From a virus (Duplodnaviria > Caudoviricetes), in IMG/VR virus record IMGVR_UViG_3300025277_000096, positions 1 to 30,401 of that record: DNA of 30,401 nt. The stretch is one strand, 5' to 3'. How positions within the stretch are numbered: the stretch's first letter is position 1; each line of letters begins with the position of its first letter. This document shows positions 28,208-30,401 of the stretch, piece after piece. Both the position numbers and the translations under genes were made by a program. The notes below the pieces were generated by a model, which saw only the letters and a list, made by a program, of their open reading frames with translations, did no database searches and was not told the origin of the DNA.

Positions 28208-28329
28208 TGAGTAAGAAAGAAGAACTGCATATCTTGTGGGGATTAGTGACAAGAATCAATAATATGGTCTTTGGATACCAACCAAGAGGAAGGGATTATA
28301 GACCTAGAAAAAGAAGGAGAAAAAGATGA
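28207..28329 (+). CDS. Small Arg-rich protein, 40 aa (absent from the ORF track)
   Basis: TAATG and ATGA overlaps at both ends; MSKKEELHILWGLVTRINNMVFGYQPRGRDYRPRKRRRKR. Confidence 0.6.
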   Translation: MSKKEELHILWGLVTRINNMVFGYQPRGRDYRPRKRRRKR

Positions 28330-28568
28330 GTGAAAAAAACAAACCAAGAGATGAATTTGATTATTCAGGTAAATTCTTTGATAAACTATATTCTAAATAT
28401 TCAGCAGTAGCTATTAAGAAGGTAGAAAACAGGGTAGATATAATTGAAAAAAATTATAGCATACAAAGCATGAATATTGCAGATACTTACAAAGCAGTTA
28501 TGTGGGAAATCTTTGAAATTGATAGAAGACTCAAGGAGATTGAAAAGTGCATGAAAATCAAAGAATAG
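28326..28568 (+). CDS. Hypothetical protein, 80 aa
   Basis: RBS AAGGAG. Confidence 0.7.
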   Translation: MSEKNKPRDEFDYSGKFFDKLYSKYSAVAIKKVENRVDIIEKNYSIQSMNIADTYKAVMWEIFEIDRRLKEIEKCMKIKE

Positions 28569-28622
28569 TAAAAAATAACTGAGAGGGAAAAGTTCTGGGT
28601 TACAATTTAAAAGGAGAAAAAG

Positions 28623-28721
28623 ATGATAGTAATATTAATTGTTTCACTTGTATTAAATGTATTGTTTCTAATTAAACTAAAATGGACACTTGATAAACTT
28701 CATAGAGTGTTAGGGAGATAA
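28623..28721 (+). CDS. Small membrane peptide, 32 aa (absent from the ORF track)
   Basis: RBS AAGGAG; MIVILIVSLVLNVLFLIKLKWTLDKLHRVLGR. Confidence 0.6.
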   Translation: MIVILIVSLVLNVLFLIKLKWTLDKLHRVLGR

Positions 28722-28726
28722 TATGA
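28704..28726 (+). repeat. Gene-junction direct repeat, copy 1
   Basis: AGAGTGTTAGGGAGATAATATGA, 22/23 identical to 29263-29285. Confidence 0.85.
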
Positions 28727-29280
28727 CATTCAATGATAGAGGCTGGGATAGACCTAAATTAATCTCAATTAAAAAACAATTTATTGAAGAAGCATATTTA
28801 TATTCATTTAAATCAAGAGAGTTTACTTCAAACAGGCATGATTTTCATGAAGGTGGAATAAATGCAAAACAAAGAAAAATGTATGAAGGTAAATTAGGAG
28901 AAAAAATATTTAAACAATTCCTGATAGACAATAACATTGATTTTACTGAAGATTCTTCTCATCATACTGAAGCAGATAAATATGACTTTATCATCAATGA
29001 AGATTTATTGGTTGATGTAAAAACAAGAACAAAAGATTTTCATACTAGAACACTTGAGATGGTGGAACAATTCAATAAGAATCCAAAACATATTTATATA
29101 TCTGTGCGATTATATGTTGAAGATAAAAATGGATTTATTATTGGCTGGGTTGGGAGAAGTGATATTAAAAAAATAAATAGAATAGAGAATAATGGGTATT
29201 TAGATAATTATGTTATTTATGATAATGAATTAAGGGATATGAATACTCTAATGGACAACATAAGAGTGTTGGGGAGATAA
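28723..29280 (+). CDS. PD-(D/E)XK restriction-endonuclease-fold protein
   Basis: GKLGE helix, YDFII and VDVKT catalytic pattern; IIGW. Confidence 0.65.
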   Translation: MTFNDRGWDRPKLISIKKQFIEEAYLYSFKSREFTSNRHDFHEGGINAKQRKMYEGKLGEKIFKQFLIDNNIDFTEDSSHHTEADKYDFIINEDLLVDVKTRTKDFHTRTLEMVEQFNKNPKHIYISVRLYVEDKNGFIIGWVGRSDIKKINRIENNGYLDNYVIYDNELRDMNTLMDNIRVLGR

Positions 29281-29285
29281 TATGA
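29250..29285 (+). repeat. Gene-junction direct repeat, copy 2
   Basis: AATGGACAACATAAGAGTGTTGGGGAGATAATATGA; matches copy 1 at its 3' part and copy 3 at its 5' part. Confidence 0.85.
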
Positions 29286-29761
29286 ATCAGGCTCTTGAGA
29301 GAAGAAAGGCTTATGGTAGAATAGGTGAAAAATGTTTTGAAAGATTCTGCTCAGTTAATAATATATTCTTTAAGCAGTTTGGAATAAGTAATGAAGAAGG
29401 CTTTAATATGGGTAAGGAAAATTATTTTAAAATCCCTAAGTTGATACAATCTTCTCCTGACTATATTATGGTAAGTGATAAGTTTCATTTTGTTGAGTGT
29501 AAGGTAGCAGATAAACAAACTGCATCTCATGTGAAAATAAAAGACCATGATTTAAAGTATTACAAACAATGGTCAAGTGTTGGGAGTTTGCTGTTTTACA
29601 TTTATGATGATACCCACAAGGAATCTTTCTTAATTGAGTTGTGTTATATTGAGCAGCTATTTGAACATGGAGAACTTGAGGCTGGGTATTACCCTGAGAA
29701 TAATAAAATGTTTTATATGATACCAATGGATAACATAAGAATGTTTGGGAGGAGAATATGA
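29282..29761 (+). CDS. PD-(D/E)XK nuclease-fold protein
   Basis: GRIGE helix, SPDYI and FVECK catalytic pattern. Confidence 0.7.
   Translation: MNQALERRKAYGRIGEKCFERFCSVNNIFFKQFGISNEEGFNMGKENYFKIPKLIQSSPDYIMVSDKFHFVECKVADKQTASHVKIKDHDLKYYKQWSSVGSLLFYIYDDTHKESFLIELCYIEQLFEHGELEAGYYPENNKMFYMIPMDNIRMFGRRI
29725..29761 (+). repeat. Gene-junction direct repeat, copy 3 (diverged)
   Basis: AATGGATAACATAAGAATGTTTGGGAG matches 29250-29276 at 24/27 positions, then GAGAATATGA. Confidence 0.7.
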
Positions 29762-30045
29762 AGAATAAAACTTTACAATATGTTGAATGGATTAAAACTA
29801 AACAATGTCTTATATGTTATAAAGACAACCCTGATCCTCATCATCTTCAGGCAATTGGTATGGGAGGTAATCGTAAAAAACCTACACCTAGACATTATTC
29901 TTGTATCCCATTGTGTAGGCTACATCATAGTGAATTTCATTCTAAAGGGAAAACAGATTTTGAGGATAAATATATAATTGATTGTTGGAAAGAAGCTTGG
30001 AGATTATTAAGAGAATGGATATGTGTTAAACTTTTTAATTATTAA
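29758..30045 (+). CDS. DUF968/HNH-like Zn-binding nuclease
   Basis: YVEWIK..QCLIC, DPHHL, GMGG and CIPLCRLHHSEFH. Confidence 0.8.
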   Translation: MKNKTLQYVEWIKTKQCLICYKDNPDPHHLQAIGMGGNRKKPTPRHYSCIPLCRLHHSEFHSKGKTDFEDKYIIDCWKEAWRLLREWICVKLFNY

Positions 30046-30092
30046 GGAAATATTTGTTAAGTTTGGGTTAAGGTTAAAAAAGGAGATTAATT

Positions 30093-30401
30093 ATGAGCAA
30101 ACGTTTTATTGATACATCAATATGGGGTAAGAGATGGTTTAGGGAGTTCCCACCAAAAATGAAGTTATTTTATTTCTATTTATTAACTAATTGTGATCAT
30201 GCAGGAATGTATGATGTTGATTTAGAATTAGCTGAGTTTCAAATAGGAATGCCTGTTAAACAAGAAGATGTGGACAAGTATTTAAAAGACCACATTGAGG
30301 TAATAAAAGATGATAAGTGGTTTTTAAGAAAGTTTGTTGATTTTCAGTATGGTATATTAAACCAAAATGTAAAAGCACATGCTAGTGTTATGAAAATATT
30401 A
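30093..30401 (+). CDS. Replication initiator, 5' part (continues at the window start)
   Basis: RBS AAGGAG; MSKRFIDTSIWGKRWFREFPPKMKLFYFYLLTNCDHAGMY, a winged-helix-like initiator N-terminus; no stop before the window end. Confidence 0.75.
   Translation, partial: MSKRFIDTSIWGKRWFREFPPKMKLFYFYLLTNCDHAGMYDVDLELAEFQIGMPVKQEDVDKYLKDHIEVIKDDKWFLRKFVDFQYGILNQNVKAHASVMKIL
30268..30401. repeat. Terminal direct repeat, right copy
   Basis: Matches 1-134 with one mismatch. Confidence 0.95.

Noticed and set aside
1782-29726. Minus-strand ORFs in the track (e.g. 4197-4520, 12637-13071, 19720-20115, 22959-23264)
   Set aside because: Nearly all lie antisense to well-supported + strand genes, lack recognisable motifs, and look like shadow ORFs.
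28681-29761. Junction repeats as a CRISPR array or DGR template/variable repeats
   Set aside because: The spacing is gene-length, differences are not confined to adenines, and no cas or reverse transcriptase gene is recognisable.
30268-30401. Terminal repeat as a biological virion DTR
   Set aside because: It falls in the middle of the initiator gene and has assembler-overlap length, so a circular assembly artefact is more likely. The single mismatch is a synonymous variant.
1-30401. Alternative genetic code
   Set aside because: Standard-code ORFs tile the genome densely, and TAA, TAG and TGA all occur as gene ends, often overlapping the next start.

Overview
The window is an apparently complete, circularly assembled ~30.27 kb tailed-phage genome: bases 1-134 recur at 30268-30401 with one mismatch. 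It is AT-rich, siphovirus-like, and all credible genes are on the + strand. Gene order: replication initiator (split across the junction), PAPS-reductase-like protein, Zn-finger, Mom-like DNA modifier, RusA, TerS, TerL, portal, minor head, scaffold, major capsid, lysozyme/holin, three fibre-like virion proteins, neck, tail tube, frameshifted tail chaperone, tape measure, tail-tip proteins, terminator, then an early/middle region (XRE HTH, Sak/Rad52-like annealase, two PD-(D/E)XK-like nucleases, HNH). I recognise no integrase, DNA polymerase, reverse transcriptase, tRNA or CRISPR array. Most notable observations: (1) a ~74-nt intergenic hairpin whose interior is complementary to the leaders/RBSs of several of the phage's own genes; (2) near-total CpG absence alongside a PAPS-reductase/Mom-like DNA-modification cluster; (3) a dockerin-like motif on a tail-tip protein directly followed by a possible cohesin-like gene; (4) nuclease genes bounded by junction repeats. 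All functional calls come from motif recognition by eye; no database search was run.
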